A stretch of 64,000 nucleotides of DNA from Desulfatiglandales bacterium (GTDB lineage Bacteria > Desulfobacterota > DSM-4660 > Desulfatiglandales > HGW-15), in assembly GCA_963667015.2 (NCBI GenBank), contig CAXXJJ010000004.1, forward strand, positions 2,464,001 through 2,528,000, in the 5' to 3' direction. Of the stretch, positions 28,048 through 39,553 are shown in pieces. A program made the translations under genes and the position numbers. The stretch's first letter is position 1, and each line of letters starts with the position of its first letter. Below the pieces are notes generated by a model, which had not been told where the DNA came from, did not search any database, and was given only the letters and a program-made list of their open reading frames with translations.

Positions 28048-28280
28048 TACTCTTCATCATTATTTTCTTTGCCTTTTCTGCACCAGATCATTCGATAGAT
28101 AAAACCAAAAAAGAGTGTGGCACTGATAGAGATAATCATGCTGGCTGAGAAAAACAGGATAAGGAATTCATAGGGATTATTAAGCTTCCAGGCCTCAATG
28201 ACCATCTGGATTCCAAATATGAGGACAAGGCCCGACAGGAGACAAACGAATATATGTTTGATCCACCACATTATGATCAT
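28047..28280 (-). CDS. Small two-TM membrane protein
   Basis: Two hydrophobic segments; overlaps both neighbours in an operon. Confidence 0.6.
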   Translation of the reverse strand: MIIMWWIKHIFVCLLSGLVLIFGIQMVIEAWKLNNPYEFLILFFSASMIISISATLFFGFIYRMIWCRKGKENNDEE

Positions 28281-29236
28281 ATATTCAGTTTTTTTGAAAT
28301 TATTTCATCTGAAACAGTATATGGATCTTTTTCGCCGCTCATCACGGACCTTACACCATTCATGAATTCACCGTCGGTTTCGAACCTGTTAATGATTTCC
28401 TCCACAATACGGCTCTTTATCATCTCCAGGAGTTCTTCCCTGGCAACAGATTCGTTTTTCCTTAAATTTATATCCCCTCTTTTTTGCGTAATATATTTTC
28501 TGTGTTTTTCTATCTCATCAATCACAGTATCTATCCCGCTGTTTTCCGATGCCACAGTCTTTAATACAGGCGGATGCCAATGATTTTCCCTTTTCCCATC
28601 CATGCCCATCTCTATCATTGTCACCAGGTCGGTAAGGGTCTTGTCAACACCGTCCCTGTCGGATTTATTGATAATAAAGAGATCACCCACCTCAAGAATG
28701 CCGGCCTTAATGGCCTGTATATCATCACCCATCCCCGGGATAACAACAATAGCCGTGGTATGGGCCTTTTTAACTATATCGACTTCGTCCTGCCCGACAC
28801 CAACGGTCTCAACAATGATATAATCCTTACCCATGGCATCCATAACATCGATTGCGCCCCTTGTGGACAGGGTCAGCCCGCCGAAATGTCCTCTTGTGGC
28901 AAGGGACCTGATAAATACATCGTGATCGCTGCTGTGTCGCTGCATCCTGATCCTGTCCCCCAGAATTGCACCCCCGCTGAAGGGGCTTGTAGGATCTATT
29001 GCAATAACGCCCACTTTTTTATTTCCTGACCTCAGTTTCTCTATAAGCCTGTCAACAAGGGTGCTTTTACCAACGCCCGGGGCCCCGGTTATACCGATCA
29101 CATAGGCATTCCCGGTATGGGGATAAAGCTCTTTAAGAACCTCCCGAACACCGGGCGCACCATTATCAATATCGCTTATCAGCCTGGCGGCCGCCCGAAT
29201 ATCTCCCGAAAGGACTCTTTCTGCAGTGTCAGACAT
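28277..29236 (-). CDS. meaB: Methylmalonyl-CoA mutase-associated GTPase
   Basis: GAPGVGKST, DPTSPFSGGAILGDRIRM, ETVGVGQ, NKSD. Confidence 0.93.
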   Translation of the reverse strand: MSDTAERVLSGDIRAAARLISDIDNGAPGVREVLKELYPHTGNAYVIGITGAPGVGKSTLVDRLIEKLRSGNKKVGVIAIDPTSPFSGGAILGDRIRMQRHSSDHDVFIRSLATRGHFGGLTLSTRGAIDVMDAMGKDYIIVETVGVGQDEVDIVKKAHTTAIVVIPGMGDDIQAIKAGILEVGDLFIINKSDRDGVDKTLTDLVTMIEMGMDGKRENHWHPPVLKTVASENSGIDTVIDEIEKHRKYITQKRGDINLRKNESVAREELLEMIKSRIVEEIINRFETDGEFMNGVRSVMSGEKDPYTVSDEIISKKLNI

Positions 29237-29244
29237 TGAAGAAA

Positions 29245-30033
29245 TCAGAAAAGATCTCCCTTGAATTCCGGGGTTCTCTTTTCAACAAAGGCGTTCATAC
29301 CTTCCTTCTGGTCAGGGCTTGAAAATACAATACCAAAGGCATCGGATTCCATCCTGCATGCGTTGATCCTGTCCATATCAGTACCCCTGTCGATACAGTC
29401 TTTAATGCCCTTCAGGGCAACCCTTCCCTTGGTTGCAATCATTGATGCGGTTTTCATTGTTTCTTCCCAGAGTGTTTCAGCCGGAAAGACCTTGTTTACC
29501 AGGCCTATACTTTTTGCCTCATCGGCATTGATTATTCCGCCTGTCATACAGAGTTCCTTTGCAACATTGTTTCCGACAAGCCTGGCAAGTCTCTGGGTGC
29601 CCCCAAAACCGGGGATTACACCAAGGTTAATCTCGGGCTGTCCGAACTTTGCCTTTTCCGAGGCATAGATAAAATCACATGCCATGGCAATTTCGCAGCC
29701 GCCGCCCAGTGCAAAACCGTTTACGCATGCAATTACCGGCATTGGAAACTGTTCGATGCGGAAAAGAAGATCCTGGCCCACCCTGCCGAACTCCCTCGCC
29801 TGGAGAGGTGTAAGGGTAAGCATATGCTTGATATCGGCACCGGCTACAAATGCCCTGTCGCCTTCGCCTGTGAATACAAGGACCTTGATCTCTTTGTTCT
29901 CTGATATTTCATCAAGTGCAGTGTTTACCTCTGCAAGGACATCAGGATTAATTGCATTAAGAGCCTTCGGCCTGTTAAATTTTATAACAGCAACATTCCC
30001 CTCTACACTGAAAAGTATATTTTCATAGTCCAT
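29245..30033 (-). CDS. Enoyl-CoA hydratase (crotonase family)
   Basis: AFVAGADI, GFALGGGCE, FGQPEINLGVIPGFGGTQRL. Confidence 0.93.
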   Translation of the reverse strand: MDYENILFSVEGNVAVIKFNRPKALNAINPDVLAEVNTALDEISENKEIKVLVFTGEGDRAFVAGADIKHMLTLTPLQAREFGRVGQDLLFRIEQFPMPVIACVNGFALGGGCEIAMACDFIYASEKAKFGQPEINLGVIPGFGGTQRLARLVGNNVAKELCMTGGIINADEAKSIGLVNKVFPAETLWEETMKTASMIATKGRVALKGIKDCIDRGTDMDRINACRMESDAFGIVFSSPDQKEGMNAFVEKRTPEFKGDLF

Positions 30034-30324
30034 TATTCTGCTCCTTAGGAATAAAATTTAAAAAAAATAATATATTCAGGATTTTTATTAAACCTATTGC
30101 TTGAACCTTGAATCCTAAACATATAAAATATACACTGTTTTATCCACAGAGATATTGTTACATGGAAATACAGGTGAATATATAAAGATGTCACTTTCCA
30201 AGTCAAGTTAATTCAAACCCGAATAACCAGATGATTTTTCTTGACATTTTTTGTGCCACCGCCGATTTTTCAACAATATATCTTTGCTTTTAACAGAACA
30301 GAATTCAATTTATGGAGAAAAATT

Positions 30325-31635
30325 ATGAATCCGCTAGCCTTGGAATTAAATGAAATTATCAAAAAAGCCAACCCTGGTGTTTATGATATGCTTTCGGAAG
30401 TAGGGAAATCCCTTTTTTTTCCCAAGGGGATACTGACCCAGAGTGCCGAAGCAAAGGCAAAGGCACACAAATTTAACGCCACCATAGGAATGGCAAAGGA
30501 AAAGGGCGAAACCATGTTCCTTCCCTCTGTTATGAGTCAGATGGGCAGCTTCACGCCTGATGAATCACTTACATATGCACCGTCATATGGAACTGCCGAT
30601 CTCAGGAAGGCCTGGAAGGATTTAATAATCAAAAAAAATCCTTCTATTAAGGATAACAAAATCAGTCTTCCGGTTGTGACAAACGCTATTACACACGGTC
30701 TTTCGGTTATCGGGGACATGTGGGTCGATCCGGGCGACACCCTGGTCCTTCCGGACAAGATGTGGGGCAACTACAGCATGATTTACGAGGTAAGAAGGGG
30801 CGCCAGGATAGTTAAGTATTCTACCTTTAACAATGAGGGAGGGTATAATACCGAGGCACTCAAAAAATGCCTTGAAGAAGAAGCCGCAAAGTCCAAAAAG
30901 CTGGTAGTATTACTCAATTTCCCCAACAATCCAACAGGCTACAGCATAACCCCCGAAGAGGGGATAAAAATAGCTGACATCCTTACCGAACTTGCAGAAA
31001 AAGGTACAAATGTGGTTGCGGTTACAGATGATGCCTATTTTGGCCTCTTTTACGAGGATAATGTCATGAAGGAGTCTCTCTTCTCTCTGATTATAAACAG
31101 GCACCCCAGGCTGCTTGCAGTCAAACTGGACGGGGCCACAAAGGAGATTTATGTATGGGGGCTCAGGATAGGTTTTATTACCTATGGCGCGGTTGTTGAT
31201 GGTGACATAGATCTCTTCTATGACGCACTTGAGCGTAAGACAGCAGGGGATGTGAGGGGGAATATTTCAAACGTTTCCCATCTGAGCCAGACTATAATAG
31301 CAAAATCACTCGCTTCGGAAAATTTTGGACCGGAAAGCAGTGATAAATACAATGTTATGAAAGAAAGGGCGCTCGAAGTTAAAAAGGTGCTTTCAGACTC
31401 AAAATATGATAAAGTCTGGGAAGTTTATCCCTTCAACTCCGGTTATTTCATGTGTCTTAAACTTAAGACCGTTGATGCTGAGGCTCTCAGGGTTCATATC
31501 CTTGATAAATACGGTGTCGGTACAATTTCCATCGGTAAAACCGATTTACGAATAGCATTTTCCTGCATTGAAAAAGAAGATATCAGGGAGCTTTTTGAAA
31601 CAATATACAAAGGTATTCTGGACATAGAATCATAA
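30325..31635 (+). CDS. PLP-dependent aminotransferase, class I/II
   Basis: NFPNNPTG, DDAY, ATKE...WGLRIG; start set at ATG 30325 after a GGAG RBS. Confidence 0.88.
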   Translation: MNPLALELNEIIKKANPGVYDMLSEVGKSLFFPKGILTQSAEAKAKAHKFNATIGMAKEKGETMFLPSVMSQMGSFTPDESLTYAPSYGTADLRKAWKDLIIKKNPSIKDNKISLPVVTNAITHGLSVIGDMWVDPGDTLVLPDKMWGNYSMIYEVRRGARIVKYSTFNNEGGYNTEALKKCLEEEAAKSKKLVVLLNFPNNPTGYSITPEEGIKIADILTELAEKGTNVVAVTDDAYFGLFYEDNVMKESLFSLIINRHPRLLAVKLDGATKEIYVWGLRIGFITYGAVVDGDIDLFYDALERKTAGDVRGNISNVSHLSQTIIAKSLASENFGPESSDKYNVMKERALEVKKVLSDSKYDKVWEVYPFNSGYFMCLKLKTVDAEALRVHILDKYGVGTISIGKTDLRIAFSCIEKEDIRELFETIYKGILDIES

Positions 31636-31735
31636 TAAACCATTTTAGGTAATCCCGGTGCATCCGCAGGGTGTCTGTCTTGAAAACAGATGACACCCTG
31701 ATGGTGGACCAGAGACCTGTCGGGGCGGCGAAAGG

Positions 31736-33559
31736 ATGTTCGGCATCTCTGAGAACCACATTGAACTGATTAAAAAACAGGCGTGGGCAAAAGACGCCCC
31801 TGTGGGTGATTTTTTCTGGACCAAACTGACCGAATGGATAGCGCAAAACCTTCTTCCGGATTTCGTAACAAAACTGACCAACCTTGTAGACTCAATCATT
31901 ACAATCGACCCTGATCATTCGGAAAGGGAAATCCTCAAGCTTATAGCAAAAAGGCTGGTCGAATCCCTCGGCGCGATTCTGGCTTCTGTTCGAATATATG
32001 ACCCTGATACAAAACAGATGCTTTCATACGGCTCTTTTCCGTCTGAAGAAGAGACAAGAGCCAGCCAGATTGCCATTGAAGGGAGTGTGGCCGGCAGGGT
32101 AATGACGACGGGACAGCCTTTTATTGTACCGGATATAATGAATGAAGAACTGTATACGGATAAAGGCATTGTTGAAAGAAAAGGCGTTAACTCCCTGATG
32201 GCAATACCCTTTGAAATTCCGAGGTTTTTCCCTCACGAAAGAAATACAACCGGTGTTATCCAGATTTACTACGCCCAAAAAAACAGGATTTTTGCCACCC
32301 TCGAGGCACAGATAGCAAACCTCATGTCACAAAGACTCGGGTTTGTAATAGCAAGAAAGAAAATCCTTCTCATGCAGAAGGTGAATGAAAAAAAGGAAAC
32401 CATTCTCAAACAGATATTCTCAAGGATGGGCTCTCTTGAAGGCGTTAAAATGAAGGATATCTTCAACCGGCTGATTCCTGAACTTGCGGATATTATCAAC
32501 ATACAGAGCTGCGCGCTTTTTTCTGTTACAGAGGATATGGCAAACGTGGTGCTGGAGGCAGGATACCCTGATTCGCTTTCATTCCATGGTATAGGCAAAA
32601 GTTTTTCAATAGAAAGCGAGCCCTCCTTTGAACTTGTGCTGGGCCTGAGATATCTGGAAGGCGAATCCCCCTATGAAATAGTGACACCATCCTATGTGCT
32701 TGTTACTGACCCGGAGAAAAGCAGCCTTATATCAGAAAACACAAAGAGGCTTTCATTAAGACGTAATATAAACTCCATACTCTATATACCGCTGAGGTCC
32801 GGTGATGACATTACCCATTTTATGACCTTTGATGCGCTTGATCAAAGAAAGGGTTACAGCGCGGAAGAGATCGAGATACTTCTCTTTCTCGGAAGAGAAC
32901 TCATGAAGGCACAGAGGATGGAACGGCTTGATGATATCCTTCATGACTTTAAAAATCCGGCCATTGCCACCGCCGGATTTGCACGAAGGGTCCATGCCAT
33001 GATCGAACAGGAGTTCAACCCCGGGACTAACAGCAAGATAAGCCGCTATATACAGATTCTTATGGAGGAAACCAGCCGCCTGCAGGAAATGGCACTAAGT
33101 TTATCACATGTAGGAAAAGAACAGGCGGTTAATGTAACCCAGGTGCTTAAGCGCAGGTTTGAGATAAACGAGGAGGCGATTAAGGAACAGCTGAGGCAGG
33201 ATATAACCCTTGAGGAAGGCCCATTTGAAGAAAATCTCTTTATCTACTGCTATCCTCTTTACCTGGAAAGGATTCTGGATAATCTTTTAAACAACGCAAC
33301 AAAGGCTATACCGCTGCATGGAGGCAGACTGGGTATATCAACCTATCTTAGGGACGGTTACGCATATATAGAAGTTAAAAATACAGGCGCAATGTCTGAG
33401 GATGTCCGTCAGCAGCTCCTTGAGGGAGATGCAAAGGGCCGGGGCTTTTATATAACCCACAAAATTATACGTGTCTTAAAGGGGGTTGTAGATATCAGGT
33501 CGGAGGATGATACAACGATAATAACCCTTAAACTCCCGGTCTATATTTCAGGCAAATAA
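31736..33559 (+). CDS. GAF-domain sensor histidine kinase
   Basis: Two GAF-like regions, HDFKNP, NLLNNATKA, GRGF. Confidence 0.85.
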   Translation: MFGISENHIELIKKQAWAKDAPVGDFFWTKLTEWIAQNLLPDFVTKLTNLVDSIITIDPDHSEREILKLIAKRLVESLGAILASVRIYDPDTKQMLSYGSFPSEEETRASQIAIEGSVAGRVMTTGQPFIVPDIMNEELYTDKGIVERKGVNSLMAIPFEIPRFFPHERNTTGVIQIYYAQKNRIFATLEAQIANLMSQRLGFVIARKKILLMQKVNEKKETILKQIFSRMGSLEGVKMKDIFNRLIPELADIINIQSCALFSVTEDMANVVLEAGYPDSLSFHGIGKSFSIESEPSFELVLGLRYLEGESPYEIVTPSYVLVTDPEKSSLISENTKRLSLRRNINSILYIPLRSGDDITHFMTFDALDQRKGYSAEEIEILLFLGRELMKAQRMERLDDILHDFKNPAIATAGFARRVHAMIEQEFNPGTNSKISRYIQILMEETSRLQEMALSLSHVGKEQAVNVTQVLKRRFEINEEAIKEQLRQDITLEEGPFEENLFIYCYPLYLERILDNLLNNATKAIPLHGGRLGISTYLRDGYAYIEVKNTGAMSEDVRQQLLEGDAKGRGFYITHKIIRVLKGVVDIRSEDDTTIITLKLPVYISGK

Positions 33560-34426
33560 TCAAAATTCTTCCAGAATGCCTTCGCGTGGCGTAACATTAT
33601 AGTTTTCCGCTATTTCCATTAACTGTTTATCGGTTACAACACGCGGGGATCCGGACAATCCCATGCTTTTTATATAGATCTCCGCCGTCTTCTCAACTGT
33701 TTCAATTAAGCCCATAGCCTCATCCATGGAATTTCCCGCCGCAATAATCCCGTGAAGCGGCCAGATAACCACCCTGAAGTCCTTAAATTTTTTTGCGGTT
33801 TCATTGCTGATATCCCGGGTCCCGGGCACCATCCAGGGGATCAGGCCGATGCCGTCAGGAAACACGACTATGCATTCCGAATGCATGCGCCACAGGGCAG
33901 ATGTCATATTTTTTTCATCAAGTTCACCCATGGTGGACATCACTATCGTGCTGGTGGCATGTGTATGCATTATCACCCTGTGTTCAGGATCTGCCTTAAG
34001 ACGCTCGATATGCCCCATAAAATGCATGCGCATTTCACTCGTCGGGGAGTTATCCCCTTCAAAACCCCACAAAAGCTCAAGCCTTTTACCGTCCGCCGAA
34101 ACCCTGACAACGCCAAGGCCTCGCTCAGGATTTTCATGAAGCTTTCTGAAATATGTTCCTGTTGCGGTTATTATGAATACTTTACCGGCAAGGGCCATGA
34201 TATCCTGGTCCAGATCAAAATATCTCCGGGGGCTGTTCAGATCAAAATATTTCTCCGCCTCTGCATGCGGGATTATACAGCTTATGTTGCCCGCATTTCT
34301 TTCAGCCCACCCCCTCAGGGACATCAGCCTTCCTGCGTCCGATATTTCCTTAACCAGGGTTGACTCGGAAAAATATTCATTTCCTTCTTTGATATTCATG
34401 AAAAACTCCTGACACACAGATGTCAA
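33560..34426 (-). CDS. rhaD: Rhamnulose-1-phosphate aldolase (class II aldolase)
   Basis: GWAERNAGNIS, PTSE, HTH, WMVPGT, WPLHG. Confidence 0.85.
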   Translation of the reverse strand: MTSVCQEFFMNIKEGNEYFSESTLVKEISDAGRLMSLRGWAERNAGNISCIIPHAEAEKYFDLNSPRRYFDLDQDIMALAGKVFIITATGTYFRKLHENPERGLGVVRVSADGKRLELLWGFEGDNSPTSEMRMHFMGHIERLKADPEHRVIMHTHATSTIVMSTMGELDEKNMTSALWRMHSECIVVFPDGIGLIPWMVPGTRDISNETAKKFKDFRVVIWPLHGIIAAGNSMDEAMGLIETVEKTAEIYIKSMGLSGSPRVVTDKQLMEIAENYNVTPREGILEEF

Positions 34427-34447
34427 TTGCAGTATGATTCGCCTGAT

Positions 34448-36937
34448 TTAATTCTGCCGCTCTTTATCATCATTAAAATCCATATCAAATTCGGAAAAAT
34501 TTCCCGACTTGGGGGCCTCAGGCCTGGGCGCATACTCTGTAGGGTCTGTACCCTTTTTAAAGCTCTGGAACACGGTTTCCTTTGAATAGGGGCTTGCCAG
34601 GAGGCCTGTCTTCTTATCAATCTTCACAAAGACAACGCTTTCAGGTGCAATAAAATCTTGAACAGGTTTACCCTTTAATGCCTCAGACATAAAATAAAGC
34701 CATATGGGGCTGGATGCACGGGATCCTGTTTCATTCTTTCCCATGGGTGTCATATTATCATAACCCGTCCATGCACCGGTAACAAGTTCCGGGGTATAGC
34801 CAACAAACCAGGCATCCCAAAGGGAGTCGGTCGTTCCTGTTTTTCCTGCCGCAGGCCTGCCCAGCGCCCTGACCCTCCATCCGGTTCCCTCCTGAACAAC
34901 ACCTCTTAAAATATCTGTTATTATATAGGCCGTGTCTTCAGGGATAACGCTTTTTAAGGAAGGATGATTTTCTTCAAGAATAAGTCCATCACGATCCTCT
35001 ACCCTTTCTATATAATATGGTTCTGCCAGCAGACCGTTATTGGCAAAGGCAGAGTAGGTCTTTGTAATTTCACTCAAAGAAAGCCCTGTAGTACCGAGTG
35101 CCAGAGAGAGGTCAGCGCTGAGCTCCGACTCAATACCCATTTGCCTTGCATAGTCTACGACAGTCCTGACTCCGATCTGTTTAAGTATCTTAACAGTTAT
35201 TACATTTAAGGATGAGATCAATGCCTTTCTAAAAAGGGTAGGACCATAAAATGTCTGCTTGTTATTCTTGGGCCTCCATGGCTCCTCATCCGGATTAAGG
35301 CTTGAGATATAAGGAGTATCAAGGATAACGTCGGCAGGGGTCATACCATTATCAAGGGCCGCCGCATATATAATCGGTTTAAATGCTGATCCCGGCTGAC
35401 GTCTTGCCTGATTGGCCCTGTCATACTGGCTGAGTTTAAAGTCGTATCCGCCAACCATGGCCCTGACCTTTCCGGTCGAATTTTCCATGGAAAACAGTGC
35501 TCCCTGCACTGCGGGCTGCTGTTCAAGCGAGATTGTCCAGTCAAAGGGCTGTGTATCATCTTCTGTATCATCAGCATTTTCAGCATTATCAATATCGCCA
35601 AGATCCTCAACAGATTCAACAGGCTCAGTATTTATATCAGGCTTAACATTTTTATCAGGTTCAACCGGCGCATCCAGGCGGCACAATATGATATCACCGG
35701 GTTTTAGGGCATCACTTATCTTTTTAAGCCTTGCCTCGCCCAGGTAATGGGCAACATCAGGATCAGGTTTTCTTGCCCATTCCATGTCTTTAAGGGTGAG
35801 AAGGCATTTGAGACTCCCGACCCATACAGATGCCTGACCGGTTTCGTCGTCTATTGAATCAACAATTCCCTTAACCATCATGTCTTTTACAGGAGGGTTT
35901 TCCTTAAAACCTTCATCTGTTTCATTTTTTAAGGTGTCATATTCACCTGGCTGCAATGAGCCTAAAGGCCCCCGGTATCCTTCCCTTTTATCAAGTTCCC
36001 TGAGTCCCTTTTGAACTGCAGCCACGGCCTTGCGCTGCATATCAAGGTTTACCGTCGTATACACCTTGAGTCCGCCGTTATAAAGAAGGTCAGTTCCATA
36101 ATGGCTTTCGATATACCTGCGTATATATTCAGAGAACCAGGGGCTTCTATCAAAGGTATTTTCCTCTTCCCGGGTCTCATTTACGATAATCTCGGTATCC
36201 AGGGCCTCCTTAAACTGGGCATCGGTTATAAAACCCTCTTCGCGCATCCGGTTAAGGGTATAATTCTGCCTGATTTTTGCCTTTTCAAAATTATTTATGG
36301 GAGAATATCTGCTGGGGGCCTGGTACAGCCCTCCAAGCATGGCGCATTCGGCAATATTCAATTCAGACACACTCTTGTTAAAGTAGGTCCTCGCAGCGGA
36401 TTCAACACCATATGCCCCGCTTCCGAGGTATATCTCATTCAGGTAAAGAAACAGTATCTCTTGCTTGGAGAAATGTTTTTCTATCTGGAGGGAAAGGATA
36501 ATCTCCCTTACCTTTCTCCTGTATTTTTTCTCCTGGCTTTTTAAAAGCAGTAATCTGGCGACCTGCTGTGTGATGGTGCTTGCCCCCTGTTTTTTTCTGC
36601 CGGCAAGCTGATTTTTTACAACAGCCCTGATGATTCCAAGATAATCAACCCCTTTGTGCTCAAAAAACTGATCATCTTCTGCCGCGACAAATGCATTTAT
36701 CAGGTTGCGTGGAATTTGATCTATGGGAAGGACTATCCTTTTTTCCTTCCAGAAACGGCCGATTATCTCTCCGTCAGCGCTGTAGAACTCCGTTATGACC
36801 GGTGGGTTGTAGTCCTTTAAGTTACCTATATAGGGCAGACTGCTGGACCAGAAATACCATAGCCCTCCGCCGACTGCCGAAGAAACGACCACTGCGGCAA
36901 CCATGAGCCAGATAACAACTTTTAGATATCTCTTCAA
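34448..36937 (-). CDS. Penicillin-binding protein 1A
   Basis: Transglycosylase motifs AEDDQF and GASTITQQ; transpeptidase motifs SAFK, SLN, KTG. Confidence 0.95.
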   Translation of the reverse strand: MKRYLKVVIWLMVAAVVVSSAVGGGLWYFWSSSLPYIGNLKDYNPPVITEFYSADGEIIGRFWKEKRIVLPIDQIPRNLINAFVAAEDDQFFEHKGVDYLGIIRAVVKNQLAGRKKQGASTITQQVARLLLLKSQEKKYRRKVREIILSLQIEKHFSKQEILFLYLNEIYLGSGAYGVESAARTYFNKSVSELNIAECAMLGGLYQAPSRYSPINNFEKAKIRQNYTLNRMREEGFITDAQFKEALDTEIIVNETREEENTFDRSPWFSEYIRRYIESHYGTDLLYNGGLKVYTTVNLDMQRKAVAAVQKGLRELDKREGYRGPLGSLQPGEYDTLKNETDEGFKENPPVKDMMVKGIVDSIDDETGQASVWVGSLKCLLTLKDMEWARKPDPDVAHYLGEARLKKISDALKPGDIILCRLDAPVEPDKNVKPDINTEPVESVEDLGDIDNAENADDTEDDTQPFDWTISLEQQPAVQGALFSMENSTGKVRAMVGGYDFKLSQYDRANQARRQPGSAFKPIIYAAALDNGMTPADVILDTPYISSLNPDEEPWRPKNNKQTFYGPTLFRKALISSLNVITVKILKQIGVRTVVDYARQMGIESELSADLSLALGTTGLSLSEITKTYSAFANNGLLAEPYYIERVEDRDGLILEENHPSLKSVIPEDTAYIITDILRGVVQEGTGWRVRALGRPAAGKTGTTDSLWDAWFVGYTPELVTGAWTGYDNMTPMGKNETGSRASSPIWLYFMSEALKGKPVQDFIAPESVVFVKIDKKTGLLASPYSKETVFQSFKKGTDPTEYAPRPEAPKSGNFSEFDMDFNDDKERQN

Positions 36938-37081
36938 CTGAACATTCTCCTGATATATTTTATGGAATCATCCATAAATCGCTCGAAATAAAGAATAAAA
37001 TTATATATGCTATTGCACAAATCTTAATATATGTAAAGTTTCCGGTTAATTACTTAAAACCACTTCCGGAGGTAATTACAA

Positions 37082-38065
37082 TTGGACACGTTGATAATAA
37101 CCAGCAGGGAAATTTACAGCATATTAACTCCTTCTCTCGCTAACCGGGTCGTGGAAAAGGCCTTCAGGGCATACGGCTCAGGAAAGGCTGACATGCCCCC
37201 CAAAAGCTATCTTTACTTTAAAAAGGGCGATCTGCGCTCCATGCCAGCCTATCTCCATGGTGAGGGATTTAATATCGCCGGGATAAAAAGCGTAAACGTA
37301 CACCTATCCAATAACGGCAAAAATATCCCCACGGTTATGGGCCTGATTATTCTAACCGATCCTGATACGGGTTTTCCCCTTGCTGTCCTTGACGGCACCT
37401 CACTCACCGGCATAAGGACAGGAGCGGCAGGTGCACTCGCCGTGAAACTGTTAAGCAATAAAGGTGCCAAATATGCCGGTTTTGTCGGATCCGGCGCGCA
37501 GGCAAGGACCCAGCTTGAATGCATAATGGAAACCAGGAGACTCAGGGGAATAAAGATATGGAAATTCACCAGAGAAGACCTCCTGGCAGAAAATTTTTGC
37601 CTGTGGGCCCAAAAAAAGTATAACCTGGACACCCTGATATCGGAAGACATAAACGACATTACCATGAACGCGGATATTGTAGTAACAACCACACCATCAA
37701 GGGTTCCGGTGGTGAAGCAGGTTTCTCCGGGCACTCATATAAACGCAATAGGCGCGGATGCAGCCGGTAAACAGGAGATCAGCCCTGACATTCTCAGAAG
37801 GGCAAAACTTGTTATTGATGACTGGAAACAGGCATCCCACAGCGGCGAGATAAATGTGCCCTACAGTAAAAAACAGATCAGAAAAAAAGATATTTATGGA
37901 GAACTTGGAGAAATCGCAATCAGGGCAAAAAAAGGCAGGGAAAACCAGGATGAGATAACCCTGTTTGATTCAACTGGCCTTGCAATACAGGATGTTGCAT
38001 GCGGTTATGCCGTGTACAGGGAACTGAAGGACAATAAAGAAGTACAAAGGGTTTCCTTCTTTTAA
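37082..38065 (+). CDS. Ornithine cyclodeaminase / alanine dehydrogenase (mu-crystallin family)
   Basis: RSMPAY, RTGAAG, GSGAQA, HINAIGAD, FDSTGLAIQD. Confidence 0.9.
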   Translation: MDTLIITSREIYSILTPSLANRVVEKAFRAYGSGKADMPPKSYLYFKKGDLRSMPAYLHGEGFNIAGIKSVNVHLSNNGKNIPTVMGLIILTDPDTGFPLAVLDGTSLTGIRTGAAGALAVKLLSNKGAKYAGFVGSGAQARTQLECIMETRRLRGIKIWKFTREDLLAENFCLWAQKKYNLDTLISEDINDITMNADIVVTTTPSRVPVVKQVSPGTHINAIGADAAGKQEISPDILRRAKLVIDDWKQASHSGEINVPYSKKQIRKKDIYGELGEIAIRAKKGRENQDEITLFDSTGLAIQDVACGYAVYRELKDNKEVQRVSFF

Positions 38066-38091
38066 TGACTGTTTAGATATACACACATGTT

Positions 38092-39327
38092 TTATTTATC
38101 ATACATTTCGTTATTCAACATTTCAAGCGCAGCTTCAAGTTCCCGGTCTTTTCCTTCACGAAGATCATATGGTGTTACAACAGACACTACTTTATCAGGA
38201 ATAACTCCTGCGCCTTCCAGGCGCTGGCCGTTCAGACCAATATAGTCTGATATAGGTATCATAATCTCGCCGCCGTCGGGAAGCCTCAATTTACGGGCCA
38301 CAAGTACTGCACCGGCTGTCTTTTGTCCTACGACAGCAGCTCGATGGTGAAACTGTAAAATATGCGATAAAATTTCTGCCGCGCTTCCTGATTCGGAGTT
38401 AACCAGTATTACCATTGGCTTATCATAATTAAGGGTTAAAAATTCCATACTGTCTTTATCATTTTCTTTACCGCTGCGGGTAATAAAAGTCCCCATCGAA
38501 ACATTGTCCGGGAAAAAGTGTCCTACCGCCACCTTGCAGGAATGAAGGCTTCCTCCGCGATTAGATCTCAGGTCCAGAATTAATCCCCGTGTTGCGCCAT
38601 ATTCCTGGAGTTTTTTATGTAAAAATTTAACCGATTGTCTGTTGAATTCAGTTATCCTGACATACAGTAACCCGTTATTAAGCTCATGTGCTTCTACAAA
38701 CTGGATTTTATCACGCTTTACGGGAATCATACTCAATGAGCAGGGATGCTCATTCTCATCGAGAAAGTCAAAGGTAACGGTTTCACCTGCTATGGTATGT
38801 AAATTAGAATTCTTTAAATCCGGAAATTTCACACCATCACGCCCAACCACCAGCCAGCCTTTCTGCACTCCGGCCTTTGCAGCTGGACTATCCGGTATGA
38901 CAGTGAATATGTATATTTTATCCTGAATAACACTGGTTATTATTCCAATCGCCCCTTCCTTTTTACTGCTGTCGGTAATATCTTTTCTGGCAGTCCTCAC
39001 TGCAACAAGATGAGAGACTTCCAATTCAGAAAACATTTTATTAATTACAACATATAACTTATCCGGGTCAGCTGCAGATATGGCTTCGTCCCTGTATTTC
39101 TCACCCAGCTTTACCCAGTCTTTTCCATTGAAGGTTTGATCATAATAAAAACTGTTAACCTTGTTCCAGGCAGAATCAAACACCTTCCGGTTAAAAATAA
39201 CACGTTCATCAGGTGTTAAGTTCTGCTGTTCAATATATTTTTTTGGAAGGCTGGAACATGCGCTGAATAAAAGGATAGAAAATATTACTGAAGATAAAAT
39301 TTTAGATATAGCTCTGGCTCTGTGCAT
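38092..39327 (-). CDS. S41-family peptidase lipoprotein with a PDZ domain
   Basis: LFSAC lipobox, SPAAKAG, LDLRSNRGG, SAAE. Confidence 0.88.
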   Translation of the reverse strand: MHRARAISKILSSVIFSILLFSACSSLPKKYIEQQNLTPDERVIFNRKVFDSAWNKVNSFYYDQTFNGKDWVKLGEKYRDEAISAADPDKLYVVINKMFSELEVSHLVAVRTARKDITDSSKKEGAIGIITSVIQDKIYIFTVIPDSPAAKAGVQKGWLVVGRDGVKFPDLKNSNLHTIAGETVTFDFLDENEHPCSLSMIPVKRDKIQFVEAHELNNGLLYVRITEFNRQSVKFLHKKLQEYGATRGLILDLRSNRGGSLHSCKVAVGHFFPDNVSMGTFITRSGKENDKDSMEFLTLNYDKPMVILVNSESGSAAEILSHILQFHHRAAVVGQKTAGAVLVARKLRLPDGGEIMIPISDYIGLNGQRLEGAGVIPDKVVSVVTPYDLREGKDRELEAALEMLNNEMYDK

Positions 39328-39553
39328 TATGGTTTCCCTCTATGGATCAAGAATATTTTTATGGTGATAGGAATAAAAGATATTATAATTTACTACAAAT
39401 AGCACAAAGGACCCAAAGAAAATCGAAAGCCTTAAAACATGTCTCTCACAGAGGCCACAGAGAACACCGAAAAAAAAAGACAAAAACAATTTTTTTTTTA
39501 AAATTAAAAAGTTTTTCTTCGTGATCTTCGTGTTTCTGGTGGTGAAAAAGTTT